NCBI GenBank assembly: GCA_031415695.1
Contig: JANOSH010000001.1
Location: forward strand, 43,988 to 107,987
Origin: Actinomycetes bacterium
GTDB lineage: Bacteria; Actinomycetota; Acidimicrobiia; Acidimicrobiales; Ilumatobacteraceae
Length of the DNA stretch: 64,000 nt
Direction: 5' to 3'
Below the pieces are notes generated by a model. The model worked only from the letters and a program-made list of their open reading frames with translations. It was not told the DNA's origin and searched no databases. Made by a program: the position numbers and the translations under genes. Of the stretch, positions 27,851 to 39,220 are shown in pieces; within the stretch, counting starts at the first letter, position 1; every line of letters begins with the position of its first letter.

Positions 27851-28966
27851 TTACCCCTCCAGACCCGCTCGTGGCGTAATACTGGTTACCTGACGTAATG
27901 CTTCCACAGCTGTCAACTCGGCCGCAGTTGGTTCCTTCGGTACAACGATGTCGACCATGACGATGAGGTCACCTGTGTCTTTTGCGGTCGCTATGCCTTT
28001 GCCGCGTACTCGATGACGGCTTGCCGTTTGCGTTCCTGGCTTGAGCCGTAACGTGACGCGCCCGCCGTCGAGGGTTGGAACGCTGATTTCCTCGCCGAGC
28101 ACAGCCTCCGGATAGGTAATCGGGACTCGGATCAGCAGGTGATTGCCGTCTCTCGTAAAGAGCGGATGCGGTCGTACGCGACATTCCACAAGAAGGTCAC
28201 CGGAAGGTCCGCCGTTGCGACCCGGGCCACCACGTTCTTTGATGCGGATGGTTTGGCCATCGGCCACACCGGCCGGGATGCGAACGCTGACCTCTCGGGC
28301 ACGCCGTTCGGTGCCCGTACCGCGACACGTTGGGCACGGCGTGTCGATTACAACCCCACGACCTTGGCAGACCACACACGGGGACGACAGCGAGAAGAAA
28401 CCTTGGTTGTCGTCGATGACACCTCGACCACTGCAGCTACTACAGGTGCGAGGTTGTGTTCCGGGTGCGGCGCAGCTGCCAGAACACGTGGAACATGTCG
28501 CTTCAGATGTGAGGTTGAGCGCAGTAGTTAGACCAACAGCCGCATCGGAAAACTCCAGGGTGATAGTCGTTTGGAGATCGTCGCCCTTTCGCGGCCCTAC
28601 GCCACCACGACCAGCACTGCCAGGCCGGCGCGAACGATTGGTGAACAGGCCGCCAAGAAGGTCGGACAACCCGTCCGTGCCAACGTTGAAACTTTGGCCA
28701 CTTTGGCCGCCGCCAAAGCCGCCGACTGGCCCGCCCTTACGGACCTCGTCGTACTCGGCTCGTTTGGTGTCGTCACCAAGTACGTCGTATGCCGCAGACA
28801 CCTCCTTGAAACGCTCCTCGGACTTTGCGTTGCCGGGGTTGGCGTCGGGATGTAGTTCACGGGCCAGTTTGCGGTAGGCCTTTGTGACGTCTTTGGAGGC
28901 GGCCGTTTGCGGTACCCCTAACGTCTTGTAGTAGTCCTTCTCGTACCATTCGCGTTGTGCAGCCAT
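27851..28966 (-). CDS. dnaJ: Chaperone DnaJ
   Basis: J domain with HPD (KAYRKLARELHPDAN), a Gly-rich linker and four CxxCxGxG zinc-finger repeats. Confidence 0.95.
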   Translation of the reverse strand: MAAQREWYEKDYYKTLGVPQTAASKDVTKAYRKLARELHPDANPGNAKSEERFKEVSAAYDVLGDDTKRAEYDEVRKGGPVGGFGGGQSGQSFNVGTDGLSDLLGGLFTNRSRRPGSAGRGGVGPRKGDDLQTTITLEFSDAAVGLTTALNLTSEATCSTCSGSCAAPGTQPRTCSSCSGRGVIDDNQGFFSLSSPCVVCQGRGVVIDTPCPTCRGTGTERRAREVSVRIPAGVADGQTIRIKERGGPGRNGGPSGDLLVECRVRPHPLFTRDGNHLLIRVPITYPEAVLGEEISVPTLDGGRVTLRLKPGTQTASRHRVRGKGIATAKDTGDLIVMVDIVVPKEPTAAELTAVEALRQVTSITPRAGLEG

Positions 28967-28999
28967 AGCCGGCCACCTCCCTTCTTCGACGTGTTGTGG

Positions 29000-29527
29000 T
29001 TAGGAACGGACCTTGACCATGGCGGGGCGCAGAACCTTGCCCTTCCAGCGGTAACCGGTTCGAAGTACTTCGCAAACCACGGGCTGGGTATCGTCACCGG
29101 GCTCGTGAATCACCGCTTCGGCTTCGGCCGGGTTGAATACCTGACCCGAGATATCCATTGCTTCTAGGCCCTGTTTGCCCAGCACCCCCATGAGCGCCGA
29201 CCAGATTGGCTCGACGCCATCGGTACCGTGGGTGAACGCTGCTTCGCAGGCGTCGAGTACCGGCAGAAGTGCTTCAGCGATTCGGCCGGTGGCTCGGTCG
29301 ATCTCGTCAGACTGCTGTCCTGCGACGCGCTTTCGATAGTTCTCGAAGTCGGCCTGTAGTCGAAGCGCGATGTCTTTGTATTGATCGCGTTCGGCCACAA
29401 GCGCTTCGGCATCGACGATGGCAGACAGCGGTGCTTCTTCGCCTTCGAAATCACGAGGTGATTCCTCTACCGAAGACACCACCACATCGTCGACGCCATA
29501 TGGCTCGTCGACCATGTCGGCGTCCAT
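29000..29527 (-). CDS. grpE: Nucleotide exchange factor GrpE
   Basis: GrpE coiled-coil and motif DFENYRKR. It lies between dnaK and dnaJ. Confidence 0.92.
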   Translation of the reverse strand: MDADMVDEPYGVDDVVVSSVEESPRDFEGEEAPLSAIVDAEALVAERDQYKDIALRLQADFENYRKRVAGQQSDEIDRATGRIAEALLPVLDACEAAFTHGTDGVEPIWSALMGVLGKQGLEAMDISGQVFNPAEAEAVIHEPGDDTQPVVCEVLRTGYRWKGKVLRPAMVKVRS

Positions 29528-31369
<1,842 letters not shown>

Positions 31370-31447
31370 TGATTTTTCCTTCCAGGGGAATACCGTGAGG
31401 TGAATATCACGCCGTGGCGTGGCTAGTTGCAGTGACCAACCGCAAGC

Positions 31448-31472
31448 AAGTTGAGTGTATTCCGCTCAACTT
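31448..31472. promoter_or_regulatory. HAIR-like operator (HspR-associated inverted repeat) upstream of dnaK
   Basis: Perfect 8-bp inverted repeat AAGTTGAG-N9-CTCAACTT containing TTGAGT-N7-gCTCAA. This matches the HAIR consensus CTTGAGT-N7-ACTCAAG with the correct spacing. It lies ~80-100 bp upstream of the dnaK start. A second, weaker inverted repeat, CGTGAggtgaataTCACG, is at 31394-31411. Confidence 0.6.
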
Positions 31473-31523
31473 TGAAATCGGCCGCTAAGGCTTTACGTTT
31501 CGTGTAAACAACGTCACACTGGG

Positions 31524-32474
31524 GTGGTGCTGATCTGGCTTTTGGTTCTCCTTGGCGCGCTCTGCGGCATTGGCTTTGGCCTGGCTCGCCTTTTGCCCCA
31601 ACCAGCGGCGGTGCCACTTACGGTGCCCAACATTGGTCACCGGCTCGAACTCCATGTGGCCGACGTCGCCACCGTTGTCGGTGTTGCGCTTGTCACTACG
31701 TTTGCTGCGGCCGTCCTGTGGGTGAACCGACCGGAAATGCGCACCGTGGCGATGCTGCTCCTCGTTGGCACAGTTGTTGGCGCAGCCCTATCTCTCAAGG
31801 TCGAGCATCTTGGCCAAAACGACCTGTTGTTTCTCACTCAAGGTCGAGCCCTGGCCAAGACGTGGCGCGGAGAGACTGTCGTAGTTCTCGGCAAATGGCA
31901 CAAGACCACGACGTCGAGCGTTGGCTTCCAAGCTGCCAAGGTTGACGTTGAGGCCCTGGCAAATGACGCTGTGAAACTCAACGTCGAAATTTCGTTTGCC
32001 TACATAATCGCAGCATCTACCGACCCCACCGACCCCGAGTACATTCGGAAGTTCTGGAAGCAAGGCTCGTCCGATTCGGTTCGCGACAACGTTGCCAAAC
32101 CACAAGCGATGATGGCGGTGCGAGAAATTCTCGGCGGCTATAGCGCCATCGAAGCAGCGACAACGCTTCGTGAACCAATTCGCCAGCAGATTCACGATCG
32201 CATGGTCGTTCTGTACACCCTGAACAAGCTGTCGCTACTGGGCGTGACGCTCGGAAACGTTAGCGTCGAAGAGGCCTATCGGGAGCGCCTTCGAGAAGCT
32301 CGAAGCACGCGCGCCTACAACCAGGACGTTAGTGAGAGCTTGTCGCCGAACATTCTCGAGCAAGAACGAATCCACGCAATCGAGAAGGCAAACACCATCT
32401 ACATACCTACAGGCCAGGCATTGCACGGCATGCTGCCAGGCAAAACACCTGTGCAGGGTGAATCACCTCGGTGA
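31524..32474 (+). CDS. Membrane protein, possible SPFH/band-7 family
   Basis: Two N-terminal TM helices, then an alpha/beta domain with SPFH-like character and a C-terminal coiled region. The assignment is by overall architecture only. Confidence 0.4.
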   Translation: MVLIWLLVLLGALCGIGFGLARLLPQPAAVPLTVPNIGHRLELHVADVATVVGVALVTTFAAAVLWVNRPEMRTVAMLLLVGTVVGAALSLKVEHLGQNDLLFLTQGRALAKTWRGETVVVLGKWHKTTTSSVGFQAAKVDVEALANDAVKLNVEISFAYIIAASTDPTDPEYIRKFWKQGSSDSVRDNVAKPQAMMAVREILGGYSAIEAATTLREPIRQQIHDRMVVLYTLNKLSLLGVTLGNVSVEEAYRERLREARSTRAYNQDVSESLSPNILEQERIHAIEKANTIYIPTGQALHGMLPGKTPVQGESPR

Positions 32475-32493
32475 GGTCTGGCACGATCGCGTA

Positions 32494-33237
32494 ATGCGTT
32501 CCACCCTTGTCATCGTCCGCCACGGCCAAAGCACGTGGAATCAAGAGAACCTTTTTACAGGCTGGCACGATGTCGACCTGTCAGACCTTGGTCGAATCGA
32601 AGCCGCTCGGGCTGGCGTCACCATGGCTGAAGCTGGGTTGTTCTTCGATGTGGGTCATACCTCGCTCTTAACCCGAGCCGTCGACACGGCAACGCTTGTT
32701 CTTGGTGCGATGGGGCAGCCTTGGCTACCCATCCAGCGCCACTGGCGTTTGAACGAGCGTCACTACGGAGCCCTCCAGGGACTTGACAAAAAGGCGACCA
32801 CCGAACGTCACGGTGACGTTCAGACAAACTTGTGGCGACGCAGCTTCGATGTACCGCCGCCGCCTGTTTCGACACGATCTCCCGAGCATCCCGCCAACGA
32901 CCCGCGGTACCGGCTTTTGCCACCCGACGTGCTGCCAGCATCTGAGTGTCTGCGTGATGTTGTAGTCCGAGTCCTCCCGTACTGGCATGACGTGATCGTG
33001 CCGCAGCTTCGCGCTGGCCTCACTGTCCTGGTAGTCGCCCACGGCAACTCACTAAGAGCGTTGATGAAACATCTGGAGAACATCAGCGACGAAAAGATCG
33101 CAGAAATCAATGTTCCCACGGGGGCGCCACGCCAGTATTTGTTCGACAATCGGCTTCGTATTAGGGACGTCACCTACCTCGGCGATCAAGAAGAGGTGGC
33201 TGCGGCTGCGAGAGCCGTCGCTCAACAGGCTCAATAG
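32494..33237 (+). CDS. gpmA: 2,3-bisphosphoglycerate-dependent phosphoglycerate mutase
   Basis: LVIVRHGQSTWNQENLFTGW with the catalytic His, RHYGALQG, and C-terminal VAHGNSLRAL. The start was moved to MRSTLVIV. The ORF-track N-terminus overlaps the upstream gene. Confidence 0.92.
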   Translation: MRSTLVIVRHGQSTWNQENLFTGWHDVDLSDLGRIEAARAGVTMAEAGLFFDVGHTSLLTRAVDTATLVLGAMGQPWLPIQRHWRLNERHYGALQGLDKKATTERHGDVQTNLWRRSFDVPPPPVSTRSPEHPANDPRYRLLPPDVLPASECLRDVVVRVLPYWHDVIVPQLRAGLTVLVVAHGNSLRALMKHLENISDEKIAEINVPTGAPRQYLFDNRLRIRDVTYLGDQEEVAAAARAVAQQAQ

Positions 33238-33453
33238 AGCACTGTAAGTGACGAACTGCCACGGCAATGGTCTGTATTTCGTCAACTATTGTCCCCAATA
33301 TGGAGGTTCTGCGAAGTTGGCCTTTCGACCCTTGCCGTAGGTCGATCCATTCTTTAGCTTTCTTCGTACCAGTTGCAGCGTTCCCGTAGCTGTCTCCTCC
33401 TTTCAAGGGCCTCTATACACGTGAGTTTGGCTGAACAGCTCTCCAACAAGCCG

Positions 33454-34929
33454 ATGGCGAAGCACCGACGTCTAGAAGTCGTTGGCCAACCCGTTGCCAC
33501 TCAGAGTGATTTTTCTATTCGTCTTCGCAACCGGCTCATCCTTACTGACCTGACCGCTCTGTTGTTGGCTTGGCTGCCTGTCCGATTCCTGCCATCACAA
33601 TCAACCCGCCTGGTTGAAGACCTGCTTATCCCCGTCGGCGCCAGCCTCGTCGGTCTGTTCATCATGGGCACCCAAGAACTTTTCCTCAGTAGAGTTTCCG
33701 CAATTCGGGCGTTGGAACTGGCCCGCCTAGTGCGAGTGTCGCTGCTGCTTGTTCTCGCCGGGCTAGCGACCCGTGCGATTCCTGACATCCTCAATCGCGC
33801 CGGTACGTTGCGAATCTCCTACGTTTTGATCGGCAGCACCTTGTCATTGGTGGCGTTGGTCATAGCTCGATCAGTGTTCCGGGCCTGGTTAGCATCGGCT
33901 CGAACCGGCGGCCGATATCTGAGGGACATCATGATTATCGGCTCCAACGAAGGTGCAGCCGAACTGACCAACCTCGTCACCGACCATCCGGAGTCCGGGT
34001 ATCGAGTCGTCGGAGTAGTTGGAGATCGCGACGACGCTGTCATGAACGGACTGGGAAGCCTGTGGGCAAGCCCACTTGATGAAGTACTGCTCGCCCTCAG
34101 CGGACACTCGGTGACGGGCGTAATCATCGCAACGGGTTCGCTGAATGCAGATGACCTCCAAGAATGCATCAAGGTGTTACAGGCACGACGTGTTCATGTG
34201 CAGTTGGCGAGCGGACTGCGAAACACCGACTATCGACGCCTACGAGCCACGCCCATCGCCTACGAGCCGGTCTTTTATCTTGAGCCAACTATTCTGAGTG
34301 GTTGGCAGGTGGTCGCCAAGCGATTGGGAGACATTTTATTTGCAACGGTCGCTCTGGTTGCCAGCGCACCAGCGTTCGTGGCAATAGCGCTCATCATTAA
34401 GCTCGAAGACCGCGGCCCGATCTTCTTCCGCCAGACTCGAGTTGGGCGCGACGGCCGTCATTTCAATGTGCTCAAATTCCGTACGATGTGCGTTGACGCC
34501 GAGGCACGGCTTGCCGCACTACGGGCCGCCAACGAACGATCCGGTCCTCTATTCAAGATGGATCGTGACCCCCGAATAACGAGAATCGGCCGATTGCTCC
34601 GTGAATCCAGCCTCGATGAACTCCCGCAGTTCCTTAACGTGTTACGCGGCGAGATGAGCGTTGTTGGACCACGACCAGCGTTGCCATCCGAGGTCGCCGA
34701 GTTCGATCCTGAACTCTTGAACCGCACCAAGGTTCACCCTGGAATTACCGGGCTATGGCAGGTGGAGGCCCGAGACAATCCGTCGTTCGGAGCCTACCGT
34801 CGCCTCGATTTGTTTTACGTCGAAAACTGGACTCCGAGCCTCGACTTCGTGATCATCCTTGCCACCGTCGAGCAGGTTGTTTCCAAGCTGATCCTGTCCC
34901 TTGTTCGACGCAAGCCAACAATGAAATAA
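33454..34929 (+). CDS. Polyprenyl-phosphate hexose-1-phosphate transferase (WbaP/exopolysaccharide priming glycosyltransferase)
   Basis: Multi-TM N-terminus, then a C-terminal bacterial sugar-transferase domain (LKFRTM, DELPQFLNVLRGEMSVVGPRP). The start could instead be the upstream GTG at 33373. Confidence 0.85.
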   Translation: MAKHRRLEVVGQPVATQSDFSIRLRNRLILTDLTALLLAWLPVRFLPSQSTRLVEDLLIPVGASLVGLFIMGTQELFLSRVSAIRALELARLVRVSLLLVLAGLATRAIPDILNRAGTLRISYVLIGSTLSLVALVIARSVFRAWLASARTGGRYLRDIMIIGSNEGAAELTNLVTDHPESGYRVVGVVGDRDDAVMNGLGSLWASPLDEVLLALSGHSVTGVIIATGSLNADDLQECIKVLQARRVHVQLASGLRNTDYRRLRATPIAYEPVFYLEPTILSGWQVVAKRLGDILFATVALVASAPAFVAIALIIKLEDRGPIFFRQTRVGRDGRHFNVLKFRTMCVDAEARLAALRAANERSGPLFKMDRDPRITRIGRLLRESSLDELPQFLNVLRGEMSVVGPRPALPSEVAEFDPELLNRTKVHPGITGLWQVEARDNPSFGAYRRLDLFYVENWTPSLDFVIILATVEQVVSKLILSLVRRKPTMK

Positions 34930-34964
34930 CTCGCTGTCACGCACCCCGCGGGCAAGGCTCTAAG

Positions 34965-35399
34965 ATGCCAGCTATGGCCAGTGAAAAGACATACCTCGCA
35001 CACCTCCGTCAGGTCCCCCTGTTTGCGGGATGTTCGACGAAGGAACTTGTTCTCATTGCCAAGGCGGGCGACGAGGTTTCGGTCCCGACTGGCCACGTCA
35101 TTTGCGATCAGGGGCAGACCGGGCGCGAAGCGTTCGTGTTGCTCACCGGTGCAGCCACCGTTCGGCGCAACGGCAAGAAGGTGGCCGAGTTGGGGCCTGG
35201 TGCCGTGCTCGGGGAACTCGCGCTGCTCGACCACGGACCCCGAACCGCCACCGCTGTCACAACGCAACCGAGTACGTTGCTTGTCCTCGAAGCGCGCCGG
35301 TTCAGCGCTCTGGTGTTGAACGTTCCATCGGTGGGTCACAAGATGCTCGCAGCTCTAGCAGGAAGAATTCGCGACCTAGACCGCCAGATCTACGGGTGA
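34965..35399 (+). CDS. Cyclic-nucleotide-binding domain protein (Crp-like effector domain only)
   Basis: cNMP-binding beta-roll motifs (GHVICDQGQTGREAFVLLTGAATV, GELALLDHGPRTATAVT). No DNA-binding domain is attached. The internal start MPAMASEK was chosen. Confidence 0.75.
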   Translation: MPAMASEKTYLAHLRQVPLFAGCSTKELVLIAKAGDEVSVPTGHVICDQGQTGREAFVLLTGAATVRRNGKKVAELGPGAVLGELALLDHGPRTATAVTTQPSTLLVLEARRFSALVLNVPSVGHKMLAALAGRIRDLDRQIYG

Positions 35400-35470
35400 G
35401 CGAAGCTCACACGTGAGCAGGCCGATAGGCCGTGGTGCCGAAGGCGCAGGGTGAGCGAAGCTCACACGTG
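35395..35470. repeat. Two copies of a 21-bp palindrome-containing element GGTGAGCGAAGCTCACACGTG (hairpin GTGAGC-GAA-GCTCAC), 54 bp apart
   Basis: Exact direct repeat at 35395-35415 and 35449-35469. The first copy overlaps the stop codon of the cNMP-binding gene. It marks the left edge of the accessory island. Confidence 0.8.
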
Positions 35471-35532
35471 TGAATTGTAAAGATGTCGTATGCTCACTCT
35501 CCGACCAGGCGCGGGGAGTAGACGGGACGTCA

Positions 35533-36963
35533 ATGGCAAAGGGGCTCGAGAATCCGATTCTGAACTCGCCCTACGACGCGCCCGCGGCCCATTTCGAGGT
35601 CGAGCCGGGCGTCGGCCCCACCGGCGTCGTTGTCAGCGGTAGGCGGGCGAGCGAGTCGTTTATCCCCATCCCGTTGGCCCGAAAAGGCAAAGGGGCGCAG
35701 GCCAAACTGGCGTTCGATGGGGCCGAGCGCCGTGAGGTGAACCCGCTCATCAACGACGTCCGCCAGGCGGTCGACCTGTGGCGGGCTCTGGGCTATCCGG
35801 GCGTCACGACGATCTCGCGCAAGCTGCTGCAGCACTGGGCCGACCCGACCCGTGAGAACCGGGTGTTGTTCTGCCAACGTGAGGCGGCCGAGACGGCGAT
35901 CTTCCTGGCCGAAGCGGCGGGTCGCAACGGCAACCCCGACTTTCGGCCCCGGCTTGGTGAGGCCAACCTGCTGCACAACGACGGGCTGCCACGTGTCGGG
36001 TTGAAGATGGCCACTGGTAGCGGCAAGACGGTGGTGATGGCGATGCTGATTGCGTGGCAGACCATCAACAAGGTGTATGCCGGTCAGGGGCCCGACGAGG
36101 CTGACGTAGCTGCACCGGCGATTGGTGACACGGTCTCATTCGAGCAGACCATTCTCGACAACCTCGCCAAGGCCGGCATCCAGAACGGGCGCAAGAACGA
36201 GCGGTTCACGTTTGAATCGGTTGAGCCGTACGCCGGTCGGCACATCCAGGCCGTCGCCGTTCGGTCCGACGCCCCCGAGGGTGCGCCCAAGCGGGTGGCT
36301 ATCTGTGTGGGGCCGCAGTAGGGCACGGTTGGTGGTGGGTTCATCAAGGACGCCACCAAGGAAGCAATCGTCGATTCCGAAGTTGATCTGCTTGCCGTGC
36401 TGGCGTTCGCGTTCGACCCGAACGCGGTAGGGCAGTCCGACGGGCTGAACGTGTCCGACGAAGGGTTCGCCAACGTCGACGCCGAACGAAAGATCGGACG
36501 TATGCCGGTGCTGCTGGTACGCATGAACAACGACCTACTCATGGGTGAGGATCTGAAGAAGACCGGTAGCGGCAACCTGTTCACCGTGTTTGGTGAACCC
36601 GACATCGAAGTGCGCCAACTCGACGGCGGAATGGTCGAGGTTGAGGTTCTCGGGGTTGACGTGTACGACCCGACCACCGGCGAGGTACGCAGCCGAGACG
36701 TCGACCACATTGCGTTGTGGATGATCGATACCAACTACAACGAGGAATCGTTCTTCGTGCGTCACTGCTACTTCACCGGCGGTAACGACCCCTACAAACG
36801 CCTCAAGACCGCGTTGAAAGCCGACATCGACGAAGAAGCTTGGGCCAGCCTCTACCGCACCGTCAGCCGACCGTTCCCGTCACCCGAGACCGGCAAGCTA
36901 GCCATCAAGGTCATCAACGACTACGGCGACGAAGTCGTCAAAGTGGTGCAGGTTGCGCCATGA
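35533..36963 (+). pseudogene. Degraded Type III-like restriction-modification remnant: helicase/Res-like N-terminus fused in frame (with an internal TAG) to an adenine-methyltransferase (Mod-like) C-terminal domain
   Basis: The N-terminal piece has ENPILNSPYDAPAAHFE and the helicase motif I KMATGSGKTVVMAMLIAW. It ends at the TAG at 36319-36321. The same frame continues directly into a C-terminal piece (WMIDTNYNEESFFVRHCYFTGGNDPYKRLKTALKADIDEEAW...KLAIKVINDYGDEVVKV) that resembles MTase C-terminal domains. The total is ~490 aa, far too short for either a Res (~900-1000 aa) or a Mod (~600 aa). Confidence 0.5.
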
Positions 36964-36989
36964 CCGACGGCCCGCCCCATGGTCGGTAG

Positions 36990-37695
36990 CTATCTGTCGG
37001 TAGCGGAGTCGATTCTGGTGATGAGCTGCCGAACAGCCGCAGCAGCGTGGGCAACGTCGGTGACGTGGAAGCCGATGTCGTCGGCCATGGCCCGGTAGCC
37101 GGCATGCCATGGTTCAGGGATTGTGACCGTCGGGGGCCACGCATGTTTCGCCCGACCGGCGAATACCTCGATACACGCGAGCCGGGCATCGCGCCATCCA
37201 TTGTCGCTGACCAGTTCGCCGAGTAGCTGGAGGTCGAGAAGGTCTCTGAATCGATCGTTCACTCTATCGACGGGCTGTTCGGTGCACGCGTGGAGTTTCT
37301 GGGCAATCTGCCAGCGAACCGCAATGCATGCCACGGTCGTCGGTCCCTCGATGCCAACATGTGCCAGCGATAGCGCTGGTACATGATCCACGTCGTCACC
37401 CATGCTGGCCTCGACGCTGGCGATTTCGAATGGCACGGTCACGACGGGCTTGTTCCGGTAGGCGATTTTGATCTCGCAGCGCCGGGTCGAGGTGTTCGGC
37501 AAGATCGGCGGTGTCGGCTCGCAGAGCGGTGTCGAAGTCTTTCGTCGCTCGTGCCGAACCTCGGGTACGCAGTTCCATTGCGACACCGCCCTTGACGAGA
37601 AAGAGCGGCTGACCTTGATGGCTGTCTCGGGCAGAGTCCAAGATTGCCGCTGCGTTACGCGGTGCAGCATCGTGAATGGGCGAGGCCTCGGTCAT
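36990..37695 (-). pseudogene. AbiEii-family nucleotidyltransferase toxin (type IV TA), frameshifted
   Basis: The N-terminal 99-aa ORF (37396-37695) carries LFLVKGGVAMELR...TKDFDT, the AbiEii NTase motif. The remaining ~190 aa lie in a different frame (36990-37670), so a frameshift is implied near 37400-37500. Confidence 0.6.
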
Positions 37696-38261
37696 GATGT
37701 GACCTCCGCTAAGCGAGACATTTCGTCGCCAATGAGGAGACCGCGTCGTTGCGCCCCGTCGATCGCTTGGCGGATCAGTCGATCATCGAGGTGACGCTCG
37801 ATGCCGTCGAGAATCGCTCGCAGCGGTGTAACTGCAGGAATGCCGTCGACGTTGGTGACGTCGCCCACCTCGAGGTTGCGAACGTGCACGGCATACGACG
37901 GCGGGACCTGGCGACGGACTCGGGCGGTCCTTGGGACGGTGACGTGAATCTTGGTCGGGTTGACATCGCACAGATCCCACAGGTCGAGGGCGGAGTCGTG
38001 CGAGATCACACCCAACCTGTCGGGCCACAACGTGGCCGCCATCAACTCGTCGCGGTCGGTCGGAGGGAACGACTTGAATCGGTACAGCCCTCGGCACACT
38101 CGACTGAGGTGACCGTGGCGTTCCATATCAACGAGCACCTGATTGCGCGCCCCGATTCCCGCTGTGTCGTGGGGGGTCACGTAGCCATACTGATCCGCCG
38201 CGATGTCGAACAGTGCTGCGTACCATTTCCCGGGCATGCCAAAAGTATGGAGGAAATCCAT
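37692..38261 (-). CDS. AbiEi-family antitoxin/transcriptional regulator (type IV TA)
   Basis: N-terminal wHTH YVTPHDTAGIGARNQVLVDMERHGHLSRVCRGLYRF, typical of AbiEi. It overlaps the start of the AbiEii ORF by 4 nt. The start was moved to MDFLHTFG, because the ORF-track N-terminal 82 aa are Ser/Thr/Arg-rich and implausible. Confidence 0.65.
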   Translation of the reverse strand: MDFLHTFGMPGKWYAALFDIAADQYGYVTPHDTAGIGARNQVLVDMERHGHLSRVCRGLYRFKSFPPTDRDELMAATLWPDRLGVISHDSALDLWDLCDVNPTKIHVTVPRTARVRRQVPPSYAVHVRNLEVGDVTNVDGIPAVTPLRAILDGIERHLDDRLIRQAIDGAQRRGLLIGDEMSRLAEVTS

Positions 38262-38517
38262 AAAGTTGGCAACCCCCGAAACGATGATCCCAGGTCTTGA
38301 TGGAGTTCGTGTCGTGACACCTTCCAGACCGCATCTGCATCGTATGCGCACTAGGCCGATCGTTCCCGGCTGTGCCCTCCGCTCGGGGCTACTCGTCGAA
38401 CTTGTGGTCGAAGCATTCAACCGTCGCAAGGTCGGCAGCGGCCCCACATCGTGGGTCCTGGGCCGCGAACTCACCGACGAGGAGTTCGACGACGGAATTA
38501 CCGTCACCGACGCATGA

Positions 38518-38806
38518 CTAGGCGGCTCCTCGTCGACACCGGTGTCCTCTGGTCGTTCGTCGTTTCCAACTCCTTGTGATGCCTGGTGCGTTAGCGAGGC
38601 GGGTGTCGGTCGTGAGCAGCGCTGTCGCGCCGATCATCTCGGTCAGCGCGACATAGGTGGCGTCGTAGGCGCTGAGATTGTGCCGCAGTGCCCACATTCT
38701 TGGTCGGAGCCAGTCGGCCGGGAAACGGGCCAGGGTAAGGCGGGTGAAGCCGACGAGCGCGGTTGGCGACGAGTTCGACGATGACGCTGGCATCGAGAAC
38801 TTTCAA
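38518..38806 (-). pseudogene. VapC-like PIN-domain toxin, frameshifted
   Basis: A TTG start overlaps the antitoxin stop (TTGA at 38803-38806) and gives LKVLDASVIVELVANRA, a PIN N-terminus with the first catalytic Asp. The C-terminal PIN region (YDATYVALTEMIGATALLTTD) is in another frame (38518-38793). A ~1-bp indel is therefore implied near 38740-38760. Confidence 0.6.
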
Positions 38807-39045
38807 TTGTTGCGTCCTTCGTGCAAGGCGGCGAGGATGGTTTCGCGATCGACGCGACCTCGAACGCTCGCCTGGGTTTCGCGGATTACCGCAGCGTTGT
38901 CGTGCGCTCTTTGAGCGCGCTTGGCCAGATGTTCGAGTTCGCGCAACACGTACCGAGTAAGGGAGAGGCCCTGCGCCTCGGCCGCGCCGGCTAGGGCGTG
39001 GTGCACGTCGTCGGGCACGTCTCGGACCTGGATCACCTTGGGCAT
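38803..39045 (-). CDS. VapB-like antitoxin (ribbon-helix-helix type)
   Basis: MPKVIQVRDVPDDVHHALAGAAEAQGLSLTRYVLRELE shows an RHH-like pattern. It lies immediately upstream of the PIN gene and overlaps it. Confidence 0.6.
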   Translation of the reverse strand: MPKVIQVRDVPDDVHHALAGAAEAQGLSLTRYVLRELEHLAKRAQRAHDNAAVIRETQASVRGRVDRETILAALHEGRNN

Positions 39046-39220
39046 GGTCGCCGCAATACCTCTCATGGGTGCACACTGCACCCACATTTCGAGATTGGTG
39101 CTTTTCGGGCCTTCGCCGAGCTCGACTACAAGGCCATTGTCGACGAGATTGCTGAGTGAACGTCGGAGCCGCGGTGCGGCCCTGAGCACGTTTGCGGCAC
39201 GCCCAGATTTGCCACGCTAC

